In this document: in pieces, positions 47,164-56,891 of the stretch
Position numbering within the stretch: the stretch's first letter is position 1
Layout of the letters: every line of letters begins with the position of its first letter
From: an uncultured Desulfovibrionaceae bacterium
GTDB lineage: Bacteria > Desulfobacterota > Desulfovibrionia > Desulfovibrionales > Desulfovibrionaceae
Length of the DNA: 64,000 nt
Direction of reading: 5' to 3'
Assembly: GCA_964370675.1 (NCBI GenBank)
Contig: CAYJKC010000007.1
Location: 959-64,958, forward strand
Notes under the pieces: model-generated
The model's database searches: none
What the model saw: the letters and a program-made list of their open reading frames with translations, nothing else
What the model was told of the DNA's origin: nothing
Program-made: the position numbers and the translations under genes

Positions 47164-47790
47164 TTAAATTACTATATCCCAGCCAACATCTTGTAATTGT
47201 TCATTTGACACTGCCCCCCGCCTTTTTACAATAAGTTTGTTTGCTCCTAACACTTCTATAATGGTTGAAGCAAGCCCACCCCTTGGGCATGGTTCATCCA
47301 AAACAATGCCCTGCACTTTTTCCGTAAGACCTGGAGATAGTTGTTTATAATCAGTGGCTGGAGGTTCTCCGCTTATATTAGCACTGCTACAAATCAGTGC
47401 ATCATTAGCAGATTGCGCCAAAGCCAAGGCCACTGGATGTGAAGATATACGAATTGCAATTTTATCTCCACCTGCTACCACCAGCTTTGGAACAGAAGCA
47501 CGCACAGATGCTATGATGGTCAAAGGGCCAGGCCAAAATTGTTCAGCAATTTTTTCTTCCCAAGTATTAAGTGTAGCAACAGTTTGTACTTGTTGCATAT
47601 GAGCTGCAAGCACTGGTATGGGTCTTACTTGTGGGCGTTTTTTAGCAGCATAAAGAGCTGCCAAACTTTTCAAACTATGCACCTTACAGCCCACAGCAAA
47701 AAAAGTTTCCGTAGGGTAAATAATTAACTCCCCCTGCTCTAAACAGTGGACGCCACTTTGAAAAGAAAGTATTTTATTATTTATTTGCAT
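47164..47790 (-). CDS. tsaC: L-threonylcarbamoyladenylate synthase (YrdC/TsaC family)
   Basis: YPTETFFAVGC, and a SANISG motif (SSANISGEPP in the sequence). Start taken at MQINNKIL to avoid overlapping the divergent rlmH. Confidence 0.85.
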   Translation of the reverse strand: MQINNKILSFQSGVHCLEQGELIIYPTETFFAVGCKVHSLKSLAALYAAKKRPQVRPIPVLAAHMQQVQTVATLNTWEEKIAEQFWPGPLTIIASVRASVPKLVVAGGDKIAIRISSHPVALALAQSANDALICSSANISGEPPATDYKQLSPGLTEKVQGIVLDEPCPRGGLASTIIEVLGANKLIVKRRGAVSNEQLQDVGWDIVI

Positions 47791-47815
47791 ATAAATTTTA
47801 TTTAAGGACTTAAAA

Positions 47816-48283
47816 ATGCCACCTAAATCATTACGCATCATTTCTGTGGGTGCACTAAAAACACCTCATTGGAAAGATGCCTGCACTCACTATAGCAAAC
47901 GCTTAACACCTTGGTGTAAGATAGATAATCGCATTGTTAAAGATGGCGATAGCGCATTACCCATAGCGCAACGTAATTTAAAAGAAGGGCAAAAAATTAT
48001 TGCCGCCATAAACCCTAAAGACCACCTCATTTGTCTTGATGAAGGTGGCAAAATTTTAAGCTCAAAACAATTTGCAAATCTTTTAGACAAACTGGAAAGT
48101 CGTACCCCTTGCTTTATTATTGGTGGAGCATATGGGCTTGATGAAGCTGTAAAAAAAGCTTGCCACACCAGCCTTTCACTTGGTCCTATGACCCTGCCTC
48201 ACGAGCTTGCTCACGTGGTATTACTTGAACAACTTTATCGCGCTTTTACCATATTACGCAAAATTCCCTATCACCATGAGTAG
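47816..48283 (+). CDS. rlmH: 23S rRNA (pseudouridine1915-N3)-methyltransferase
   Basis: 155 aa, SPOUT fold. FIIGGAYGL and LEQLYRAF...PYH. Confidence 0.9.
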   Translation: MPPKSLRIISVGALKTPHWKDACTHYSKRLTPWCKIDNRIVKDGDSALPIAQRNLKEGQKIIAAINPKDHLICLDEGGKILSSKQFANLLDKLESRTPCFIIGGAYGLDEAVKKACHTSLSLGPMTLPHELAHVVLLEQLYRAFTILRKIPYHHE

Positions 48284-48292
48284 TGAAGTTTG

Positions 48293-49735
48293 TTATTTGC
48301 TCTCTAACCCTAACTTTTGCACTATAATATCAGCAACTTTCTTTGTATAAGCCTTTGTATCAAGACCTTGCTTTTGCTCAGGATTAAGTAATAGCTCAGG
48401 CTTATTTACAAACTCAGCCTGTGGCACAATGCCATATTCAGAGCCAAAGCTATTATTAAAATACATATCCTGAAAACCAGAAAATTTGATGCTATGCGCT
48501 GTAGCATCTAGTACAGAAAATTCACCTTCTTGCACAAGACCAAGCTCACGCGCACGAACAAGACCTGCTAAACACTCACCACCTTGTGTACAAGCAATAT
48601 GCCCATGACTATTGGCAAGTAACATAGCATCCATAATTTGCTGCTCAGTAACTTGTAACACATTAAACTGCCCACCTGCCTCAGTATATCTTTGCACTAA
48701 GCGCTGCACTCTTGGAAATGAAACAGGATTACCAATCATGGCAGCTTGGGCCACGCTAGGGCTCACTTGCACAGGTTCCCACACTCTAATATTTTCATCG
48801 GCTGCATAGTAACGATATACAGGGTCAGCATGATGAGATTGCACCCCGTAAATATTAGGCAATACTTCTATGATATTAAGATTATATAATTTCAAAAAGC
48901 CTGTCATAATGGCAGTAATATTACCAGCATTACCAATGGGTACAAAGATATTTAGCCCTTGCACATCCCAAGAGTACCACTGTGCCACTTCATAAGCATA
49001 TGACTCTTGACCAAGAATGCGCCAACTATTTTTAGAGTTAAGCAAAGCCACTCGACAAGTTTCTGCCAAGAGTTCCACTACCTTCATGCAATCATCAAAT
49101 ACACCAGGCATTTCTAGCACACAAGCTCCGCTACCAAGAGGTTGCGAAAGTTGCTGCGGGGTAACCTTACCATGAGGTAGTAATACAACAGATTTAAGTG
49201 GTGCACCCACATAGGCTGCATATTGAGCTGCGGCAGCTGATGTATCTCCTGTAGAAGCACAAACTGTTAAAACTTCTTGCCAATTATTTTTGCGTGCAAG
49301 GGCTTTTAAATAACTAAAGGCGCATGCCATGCCTCTATCTTTAAATGAAGCACTAGGGTTTTGACCGTCATTTTTGTAGGCAAACTTAAGACCCAAACGA
49401 CTTTCAAGAGCATTTGGAGCTTCTACAATGGGTGTTATGCCTTCACCAAGATATACAATATCTTGCGCGTCCATAACGGGTGCCATCAGTTCATAATAAC
49501 GAAAAATACCACGTAAAGCAGTGTGCTTAGTAGATGTTCTGGCATCAAAAACATCGCGCCAGTATTGACCACCATGAGCTTTTAGACTGTCAAACTTCGT
49601 ATCTTCCAATATAAACACACCGCCACACTGGGGGCAAGTGTAAAGTAATTCATGGCTTGCGTAGCGTTTTTCACAACCAAGGCATACATATTCAAGCTCA
49701 CCTCTGTAGCTTGGAAAATCTTGCATGGACATCAT
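48293..49735 (-). CDS. thrC: Threonine synthase (long form with an N-terminal zinc ribbon)
   Basis: 480 aa. CLGCEK...CPQCGG, and the PLP lysine region PSASFKDRG. Confidence 0.9.
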   Translation of the reverse strand: MMSMQDFPSYRGELEYVCLGCEKRYASHELLYTCPQCGGVFILEDTKFDSLKAHGGQYWRDVFDARTSTKHTALRGIFRYYELMAPVMDAQDIVYLGEGITPIVEAPNALESRLGLKFAYKNDGQNPSASFKDRGMACAFSYLKALARKNNWQEVLTVCASTGDTSAAAAQYAAYVGAPLKSVVLLPHGKVTPQQLSQPLGSGACVLEMPGVFDDCMKVVELLAETCRVALLNSKNSWRILGQESYAYEVAQWYSWDVQGLNIFVPIGNAGNITAIMTGFLKLYNLNIIEVLPNIYGVQSHHADPVYRYYAADENIRVWEPVQVSPSVAQAAMIGNPVSFPRVQRLVQRYTEAGGQFNVLQVTEQQIMDAMLLANSHGHIACTQGGECLAGLVRARELGLVQEGEFSVLDATAHSIKFSGFQDMYFNNSFGSEYGIVPQAEFVNKPELLLNPEQKQGLDTKAYTKKVADIIVQKLGLESK

Positions 49736-50329
49736 CTACTCCTTATATTCCGTTTTCTTCCAGGTTTTTTCTGTTTTGCAAATAAGTCTTTGAATATTGG
49801 CCCTATGAGTCCACACAACCAATGCCGCAATAAGTATGGATAGGGGTAAGTATTGCCATATCCCTGAAAATAACAATAATATCGGCATACTTAACACAAG
49901 AACTAATGAGCCTAATGAAACAAAACCACTACGCCAAATAGTGCCAAGGCAAAGTAGCACGCCTAATACAAGCGGGCAAAAAACCATGGGAATATATATG
50001 CCAACACTGGTAGCAACAGCCTTGCCACCCTTAAAGCCTAAAAAGCATGAAAATACATGCCCAAGCACAGCGGCAAGAGCGGTCATGCTTACAAAAAAAC
50101 TATTATTATCTAAACATATGGCAATACTAACAGGTATTGCACCCTTTAATATATCGCATACCAAGGTAGCAATACCATATTTCTTACCGCAAAGACGCGC
50201 CACATTAGTTGAGCCCACATTATGCGAACCAGCATTACGAGGGTCAATATTGCAAAACTTTGTGCTAATAAGAAGCCCAAATGGGATTGCGCCCAGCAAA
50301 TAACTACAAACAATCCAAATAATATGCAT
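49736..50329 (-). CDS. plsY: Glycerol-3-phosphate acyltransferase PlsY
   Basis: 197 aa, polytopic. GSHNVGSTN and KGGKAVATS motifs. Confidence 0.92.
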   Translation of the reverse strand: MHIIWIVCSYLLGAIPFGLLISTKFCNIDPRNAGSHNVGSTNVARLCGKKYGIATLVCDILKGAIPVSIAICLDNNSFFVSMTALAAVLGHVFSCFLGFKGGKAVATSVGIYIPMVFCPLVLGVLLCLGTIWRSGFVSLGSLVLVLSMPILLLFSGIWQYLPLSILIAALVVWTHRANIQRLICKTEKTWKKTEYKE

Positions 50330-50387
50330 AGTTACTCCTTAACATCTACATAACAGTTGATAGTGCTAAAGTTAATATTGCAAAATC

Positions 50388-52472
50388 CTATATATCCATA
50401 ACTTCTAAAATAGAAATTTCATTATATAAAGGATTTACCTTGCCCAAACGCACCTTAACCTCTTGCCCTGGGCATGCACGTTCGCTAAAAAGATTTCTTT
50501 TGCCACGCACAAGAATTTGCACATGTGGTAAGCTAATAAATGCAAAGTTATCATTTTCTTCCGTAACCACAGCATCCCACCAAGTTTTGTCACCATGCTG
50601 ACGTACATACAATAAACGCCAATACCGCGGACGAAAACGCTGCACTTGACTAGCAGCGTCGAGGCGCAAATTTAATTGCATCAGCATTTGTTCTAAGCTT
50701 TGTGCATCATAACGAGGTGAATCATGCAAAAGCATGTGCACTATTTGCGCCTCGTTCACAAGATCAGGGTAACGTCGCAAAGGTGAAGTAATTGGCGCAT
50801 AAGCACTAATCCCAAGACCGGCATGCCGCCTTGGCTGTAGCTCAAGTGATGATGGTATTAGCGAGCGCATAATACGTGCCATGAGATGTGCTTCACTCCA
50901 CACACCGGCATATTCGCGTGGTATTGCCACATCTTGGGTACGATATAACAAAGCTATATTACGCTCTTGCCCCCACTTTGCTATAGCTGTACTTGCTAAA
51001 ATCATCATCTCTGCCACGAGCATTTGCGATTTAACATTGCTACCTTGTTCTTCAATAGTAACTTTTGTTTCTGAGCCTGCGCCCTGTAGCACAATTTTAT
51101 TATCAGGCTTATCCATAATAACTGCACCATCGGCAATGCGTTTACGTTGGCGTAATGCAGCAAGCCTATATCCAAGCTCTAACTGGCTAGCATAGGCATA
51201 AGCAGGGCTTGCTTTGGCCCCATTAAGCACCATTTCACAATGGTCGTAACAAAGATTTGCTTCAATTTTTACCCATTCAATACTGGGTTCACAAGTTATG
51301 ATTTGTCCATCAGCATCCATATCACAAGTAATGCATAATGCTGGTCGCACCGTTGATTCTACAAGAGATAAAATATCTATGCCCAATAATTGAGGAAGCA
51401 TGTGATATGTATCTTCTGGTAAATAAATACTTGTAGCTCGACGCATTACAGCCCTATCAAGCTCGCTGTCAAAAGGCCAAAGCAAAGCCGGACAAGCAAG
51501 GGCAAGGTGCAAGCGTAGGGCTCCGTCTCCTAGCTCTTGCATGAAAAATGCGTCATCTATATCGCGAGTGCTGGCATTATCAATACTAATAAAGGGTAGG
51601 CTTGTTGTAGGTTTATCATGTTTTTGTACTGTTTGCACAATGTCTTGAATATCTTTTGCAAACTCCTCACCCCAAGTATCACTAGCCTCATAATCTGCTC
51701 TATCTAACCAATAATTATAATGTAATGGCACAATACCCCAAGCCATAGCAAGTTGTAGCGGAAGATGCGCTACATCAGCAAGACCCTTAACAAGCATGCG
51801 CCAAATGGTATCATCATCATTAGTTTCTGGATCTGCTATACGCTTTCTCAACAAGTTTTCCAAAAACTCTAAAACATCTGCATCAGGCCAGCGTTTATCA
51901 GTCTTAGGAGGAAGGCTTGATTTATTATTGCACACATCCCAAAGCAAGCGAAAAAACTCTGCTCCACCAGTGATTAGACTTTCACGCCTTTTGCTCTCTT
52001 CTTGTGCAGCTAATCTTTGTTCTACAATTTCAGCTGAGTACACTTCAAAATTTGGCGAATGAAATTTAAAATGGCTTTTGCACTGCAGCAATACATGCCC
52101 ATAGGCTGCTATAGTATCAATATTTGGGGATTCTACAAAAAGTTCTGCAAACCACTTTGCAGTAGCACTTTCTACCTCTCCTTGGGCAAGATCCCACATG
52201 CTTAGAGCTTCAATGTCAGTGGCAATGCTTTGGCGATTTTCTTTATGAGTTTGCAATATTTTAATTAAACTATCGCGACCGCATTGTGTATCAGAATAAA
52301 TAGGACCAGACCAAGGTAAAAGCCTGTTGGTATTAGTGCGCATTTCACGCCTGTTGGGTAGCAACACGCGCAACTTGCCACCTTGTTCCTCAAGAACTAT
52401 AGCAATTTGAGGGGCATTTGCTTCCATAAATTCTACAATGCACCCAATACCTGGATAATTAATTAACGCCAT
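50388..52472 (-). CDS. RNB-domain 3'-5' exoribonuclease (RNase II/R family)
   Basis: 694 aa. RNB catalytic motifs (IDNASTRDIDDAF, SPLRRYPDL) and a C-terminal S1-like segment. Confidence 0.82.
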   Translation of the reverse strand: MALINYPGIGCIVEFMEANAPQIAIVLEEQGGKLRVLLPNRREMRTNTNRLLPWSGPIYSDTQCGRDSLIKILQTHKENRQSIATDIEALSMWDLAQGEVESATAKWFAELFVESPNIDTIAAYGHVLLQCKSHFKFHSPNFEVYSAEIVEQRLAAQEESKRRESLITGGAEFFRLLWDVCNNKSSLPPKTDKRWPDADVLEFLENLLRKRIADPETNDDDTIWRMLVKGLADVAHLPLQLAMAWGIVPLHYNYWLDRADYEASDTWGEEFAKDIQDIVQTVQKHDKPTTSLPFISIDNASTRDIDDAFFMQELGDGALRLHLALACPALLWPFDSELDRAVMRRATSIYLPEDTYHMLPQLLGIDILSLVESTVRPALCITCDMDADGQIITCEPSIEWVKIEANLCYDHCEMVLNGAKASPAYAYASQLELGYRLAALRQRKRIADGAVIMDKPDNKIVLQGAGSETKVTIEEQGSNVKSQMLVAEMMILASTAIAKWGQERNIALLYRTQDVAIPREYAGVWSEAHLMARIMRSLIPSSLELQPRRHAGLGISAYAPITSPLRRYPDLVNEAQIVHMLLHDSPRYDAQSLEQMLMQLNLRLDAASQVQRFRPRYWRLLYVRQHGDKTWWDAVVTEENDNFAFISLPHVQILVRGKRNLFSERACPGQEVKVRLGKVNPLYNEISILEVMDI

Positions 52473-52685
52473 AGGGAGCTTTTAACAAAATGCCCTATAA
52501 AATACAATGAGAATTAGTCAAAGCTAAAATGGTGCATTTTATAATTGCAAATTATCATTTATAAAACGATAGTTTTGAAAATTTAACATATAAATTTTAG
52601 AAATTTTTTCATATCATCCATTCATTGCCATAAGCAACACACGAAGCTAAATAATGGTCTCAACACAAACAGAAATAATGTCTTT

Positions 52686-52704
52686 AATTACACAGAATTA
52701 CACA
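52686..52704 (+). promoter_or_regulatory. Direct repeat aattacaca-g-aattacaca (10-nt period) upstream of MBOAT-1. Candidate regulator binding site.
   Basis: Exact 9-nt repeat at 52686-52694 and 52696-52704, about 130 nt upstream of the 52832 start codon. Confidence 0.25.
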
Positions 52705-52831
52705 TAAAAACATTCAACAAAGTGTCTCTTTACTTCATAAGAGAAAAAGGTTACTTTTTGAAAATATAAAACTATTTTAAAAAGTAATAGTTTAATATAA
52801 TTACTGATTAGCATATTAGGACATACTATAC

Positions 52832-54277
52832 ATGGTTTTTAGTTCTCTACCATTTCTACTCCTATTTTTACCCATAAGTATTCTTGGTTACTACCTGTTA
52901 TTAAGGCATAACTATGCTAAGTACGCCATACCATTTTTACTTTTGGCATCTTTATTCTTTTATGCTTATTGGAAGCCAGTATATTTATTAATTATTTTAT
53001 TTTCTATCCTTGCTAATTTCTTCTTGGGTCAAGCTATAAATAAAGCCACTAAACATAGAAAATTAATTTTTATTATAGGTATATCAATCAATTTACTATT
53101 GCTAGGATATTATAAGTATTCAGATTTTTTACTTGATACTATCAATCAAATTTTTGCAAGCCAATTTCCCATAGCAAATATTGTCCTGCCCATTGGTATA
53201 AGCTTTTATACATTTCAGCAAATTGCATATCTTTCAGATATATACACAAAAAAGCATATTAACCACTCAGGTGGATTTTTTGAGTATGCAGCCTTTGTAT
53301 GCTTTTTCCCTCAACTTATTGCCGGACCAATTGTTCATCATGCTGAAATGATGCCACAATTTACCAATAAACAAAACCAAGTCTTACAGTGGGATAACAT
53401 GTATAAAGGCTTATGCTTTTTAAGCATGGGTCTTGCCAAAAAAGTCTTGGTGGCAGATCACATTTCTCCACTAGCAAACTATGCCTTTGACGAAAGTACT
53501 TCTTTAAGCTTTTTAGAGGCCATTTTTGGAAGTATCGCTTATACCTTGCAATTATATTTTGATTTTTCAGGCTATGCAGACATGGCTATAGGTTGCGCAT
53601 TGTTTTTTAACATTACGCTACCTTTTAATTTTAACTCTCCATATAAAGCACTAAGCATTCAAGATTTTTGGAGAAGGTGGCACATGACTCTTTCGCGTTG
53701 GTTACGCGATTATCTATACATACCCCTTGGTGGCAATAAAGGTAGTGATGCGCGCACCATGGTCAATTTATTTTTAACCTTTCTGCTTGGTGGCATTTGG
53801 CATGGAGCCGGATGGACCTTTGTTCTTTGGGGCACATTGCATGGCATTGCTCTAGTTATACATAGGTTATGGTCAAAGATTTTAAATTGTAATATGCCAA
53901 AATTTTTGGCTTGGAGCTTAACATTTTCATTTGTTGTGCTTGCTTGGATTCCCTTTAGAGCTATAAACTTTGAGCGAACTACACTTTTCATAGATGGTCT
54001 GCTCTTGCAAAATGGTTTTTTTGTCAGGCATGAATTTTCCAAAATGTGTTACGATACATGGAGAAATACCTTTGCTATTAAAGGTGGTATTGGAGAATAT
54101 AGCTTAATTTTCTTTGGCTTATTAATAGCTTGTGTAAGCTTAAAAAACTCTCAAGAGTTGATAGAATTTATCACACGTAAAACCTATAGCATTTACATAG
54201 TGCTTCTTTTAACTCTTTGCCTTACTGTGCTTGTTTTACCAGGATATGTGCCTGAATTTATATATTTTCAATTTTAA
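52832..54277 (+). CDS. MBOAT-family membrane O-acyltransferase (AlgI/DltB/PatA-like), copy 1, with a C-terminal FIYFQF motif
   Basis: 481 aa, polytopic. FYTFQQIAYL, FFPQLIAGPIVHH and DFWRRWHMTLSRWLRDYLYIPLGGNKGS (invariant MBOAT His). Ends ...LPGYVPEFIYFQF*. Confidence 0.9.
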   Translation: MVFSSLPFLLLFLPISILGYYLLLRHNYAKYAIPFLLLASLFFYAYWKPVYLLIILFSILANFFLGQAINKATKHRKLIFIIGISINLLLLGYYKYSDFLLDTINQIFASQFPIANIVLPIGISFYTFQQIAYLSDIYTKKHINHSGGFFEYAAFVCFFPQLIAGPIVHHAEMMPQFTNKQNQVLQWDNMYKGLCFLSMGLAKKVLVADHISPLANYAFDESTSLSFLEAIFGSIAYTLQLYFDFSGYADMAIGCALFFNITLPFNFNSPYKALSIQDFWRRWHMTLSRWLRDYLYIPLGGNKGSDARTMVNLFLTFLLGGIWHGAGWTFVLWGTLHGIALVIHRLWSKILNCNMPKFLAWSLTFSFVVLAWIPFRAINFERTTLFIDGLLLQNGFFVRHEFSKMCYDTWRNTFAIKGGIGEYSLIFFGLLIACVSLKNSQELIEFITRKTYSIYIVLLLTLCLTVLVLPGYVPEFIYFQF

Positions 54278-54288
54278 GAGCTTTTTAT

Positions 54289-55554
54289 ATGAACTATAAA
54301 AATAAATTTATTACCGCCATAAGCATACCAATTATTTTTAATGTGGTTTTATTTTCTATTATTTTTGCTCTTCTAATCAATTATGATCACTTACAATTAA
54401 AAGAATATGATTATTATGATGCCAATAAATTTATTGCTCTGCCTAATATGCGCTTACAAGCCAAGGGTATTATAAACAATGTTGATTTTAATAGCATTAT
54501 ATTAGGTTCTTCTATGCTAGCTAATACTTCAGCCTTAGAGGCATCGCAGCTTTTTGGGGGCACATTTGTAAACCTTTCCATTTTAGGCGCAAGAACATAT
54601 GAAAGAGCTTTTATTTTTGAAGATACTTTTAGGCATAAAAAAATAAAAAATGTTATATATTCCTTAGATGTATACCATAGACCCAAGGAAGAAAGTTCGC
54701 AACTTGATAATTGGCAATTATTATATGACCAAAGCAAACTGAATGACTTAGTTGTATTACTACAACCTAAATATATAGTTGGTGCCATGAAAAAAGTTTT
54801 AACACCATATACTGCTTATGATTTTAACATAATAGATCATATAAAAATTAGCAAAAAACCCTTAATTGCCCACATAGATTTTTTTAATAGCCCTATTGAA
54901 TGGATGAGTAAACCAGATCATGTTGTGCACTTTGGTGGTCTTGCCAATTGGGTCGAAAATATAGGTGCTTTAAATACTGGAAAATTTTTACTTCAAACCC
55001 TACCTGCAACACTACAAAGTCTTACAACATATCCCAAAGTTAACTATGAAAGTGTTAACGTTGAGGAAGAAAAACAATATATTGAAAAGTATTTTCTACG
55101 CTTTGTAAAAGAACACCCTGAAACAAAGTTTTATGTTGTTTTTCCACCCTACTACAGATTTTACTATGCCCGTGACCTAGTTAAAGACGGTAAGTATTTT
55201 ATGCATCAGAAAATCACGAGGTTTATGGTAGATGCGGCTAAAAAATATGATAATTTATACATTTATGGTTTTGAAGACTTAGCTTTTTTAGATGATATTA
55301 GCAATTATATGGATATAACCCATTATCATAGTCGCTTTAATCAGTTTATGCTTGAAGCCATGAGCAAAAATGAACATCGCTTAACTGAGCAAAATGTAAA
55401 TGCATATATTGCTAAATGCGAACAATTGACCAGAAACTTTGATATTCAAAAACTATACGACGAGTCACAACAGCTTTTGCGTGAATACAAGCTGCCCACC
55501 ACTTGGGAAGACTTTTTATACCTACGCAAAAAATATGATGAAAATTCATTATAA
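54289..55554 (+). CDS. Membrane-anchored partner of MBOAT-1. Putative SGNH/DltD-like acyl transferase.
   Basis: 421 aa. One N-terminal TM helix, conserved ILGSSM serine motif and C-terminal DITHYH (Asp-x-x-His). 11 nt after the MBOAT-1 stop. The fold assignment is motif-based inference. Confidence 0.5.
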   Translation: MNYKNKFITAISIPIIFNVVLFSIIFALLINYDHLQLKEYDYYDANKFIALPNMRLQAKGIINNVDFNSIILGSSMLANTSALEASQLFGGTFVNLSILGARTYERAFIFEDTFRHKKIKNVIYSLDVYHRPKEESSQLDNWQLLYDQSKLNDLVVLLQPKYIVGAMKKVLTPYTAYDFNIIDHIKISKKPLIAHIDFFNSPIEWMSKPDHVVHFGGLANWVENIGALNTGKFLLQTLPATLQSLTTYPKVNYESVNVEEEKQYIEKYFLRFVKEHPETKFYVVFPPYYRFYYARDLVKDGKYFMHQKITRFMVDAAKKYDNLYIYGFEDLAFLDDISNYMDITHYHSRFNQFMLEAMSKNEHRLTEQNVNAYIAKCEQLTRNFDIQKLYDESQQLLREYKLPTTWEDFLYLRKKYDENSL

Positions 55555-55649
55555 ATACTAAATTGTAATTTAATACTTCTTAAAGATAAAACTCACATCA
55601 CTTATTATGTGTTTTATTAGCCAAATTTGTTTACATATGATGCAAAGAG

Positions 55650-56882
55650 TTATTCAGGCAAAGCAGTATGATTATTTTGGCGTAATAGCTTTTGTGATTC
55701 ATCATAAATTTTTTGTAAGTCATAATCTTTAGCAAGCTTATAAAATTTTGCAAGATAGGCATCAACATTTTGCAAGTTAATTTTGTGCTTACCTTCTGCT
55801 ATAGACTGAAGTATATAACTATTATAGCTATTTTTATAGTGACGCACATCTCTAAAGTTTTTAATATCACCCGCAATGTTTTGGTCACCAAAGGCATAAA
55901 TGGATAAATTATCGTACTTTTCTGCTTGTTCTACCAAGTATTTAAAAGCTTTTTCAAAACTATAAAAATCCTTCCCACCATCAATGTTTAAAGCAATAGC
56001 ATAATATGCACGGTAATATGGGGGCTGTATTATATCAAATTTAGTTTCTGGATGTTCTTTAACAAAGCTTAAAATATATTTATCAATATAGTCTTTATAT
56101 TTATCAATATTTATATCTTTGGGGTCCATAGTTGGTATTTTGTGCATATCTTCAATAGACTTTGGCAACATATCTACCAAAAAGGTTTTAATCTCTGGAA
56201 TTTCTAAACGTTTTGCCCAAAATTCTAAACCGCCAAAAAGCGAATCTCTTTCACCATCAACAACCCAATCTGCAATGGGGGTATCAAAAAATTCTATGTC
56301 TGCAGGTGTAGGCTTGGTGCTAACTTTATAATGCTTTTTTTCTATTAAATTAGAAAGTTCATCAGAAGGAAGAATAAACTTAAATGCTCCTGTCACATAA
56401 TTTGCGTCAAACAATACGAATAGATCATTAAAAATATTTTTGTCATATAATAATTCCCAATACTTGGGCTTATCAAGTTCTAAGGTTGGCTCAAAATCAA
56501 ATTCAAAAGAATATATGACATTTTTTACATTTTTTTCACGAAATAAAGCTTTAAGCACTATATATCTTTCATAAAAAGTGGAAGCTCTAATGGAAAGATT
56601 AACAAATTTTCCACCAAATAATTTTGATGCTTCGCTAGCTTTAGCAGTTTCAATTAATGATGTGCCAAGTATTACACTATTAAAATCAACATTATTTATA
56701 ATGCCCATGGCTTGTATGCGCATAGCTGGAGAAGCCGAAAATTTATTACCATCATAAAAATCGTGTTTGCGCAATTGAAGGTGGTCATAATTAATAAGCA
56801 AGGCTAAAACAGCCAAAAAAAATATGGCACAAATAATTAGCGGAACTACTATAATTTTTATGGCACTATTTTTATGGTTCAT
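55650..56882 (-). CDS. Membrane-anchored partner of MBOAT-2 (paralog of 54289-55554)
   Basis: 410 aa. Shares LLINYDHLQL, GIINNVDFNS, ILGTSL, LFGG.FVNLSI, FVKEHPETKF, DVRHYK and KIYDESQKLL blocks with copy 1. Confidence 0.5.
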   Translation of the reverse strand: MNHKNSAIKIIVVPLIICAIFFLAVLALLINYDHLQLRKHDFYDGNKFSASPAMRIQAMGIINNVDFNSVILGTSLIETAKASEASKLFGGKFVNLSIRASTFYERYIVLKALFREKNVKNVIYSFEFDFEPTLELDKPKYWELLYDKNIFNDLFVLFDANYVTGAFKFILPSDELSNLIEKKHYKVSTKPTPADIEFFDTPIADWVVDGERDSLFGGLEFWAKRLEIPEIKTFLVDMLPKSIEDMHKIPTMDPKDINIDKYKDYIDKYILSFVKEHPETKFDIIQPPYYRAYYAIALNIDGGKDFYSFEKAFKYLVEQAEKYDNLSIYAFGDQNIAGDIKNFRDVRHYKNSYNSYILQSIAEGKHKINLQNVDAYLAKFYKLAKDYDLQKIYDESQKLLRQNNHTALPE

Positions 56883-56891
56883 AATTATCTC

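Noticed and set aside
52751-52793. Overlapping A/T palindromes upstream of MBOAT-1, considered as operator sites in their own right.
   Set aside because: Arms of 8-9 nt made only of A/T in a stretch with very low G+C are expected by chance. I mention them only as context for the direct-repeat finding.
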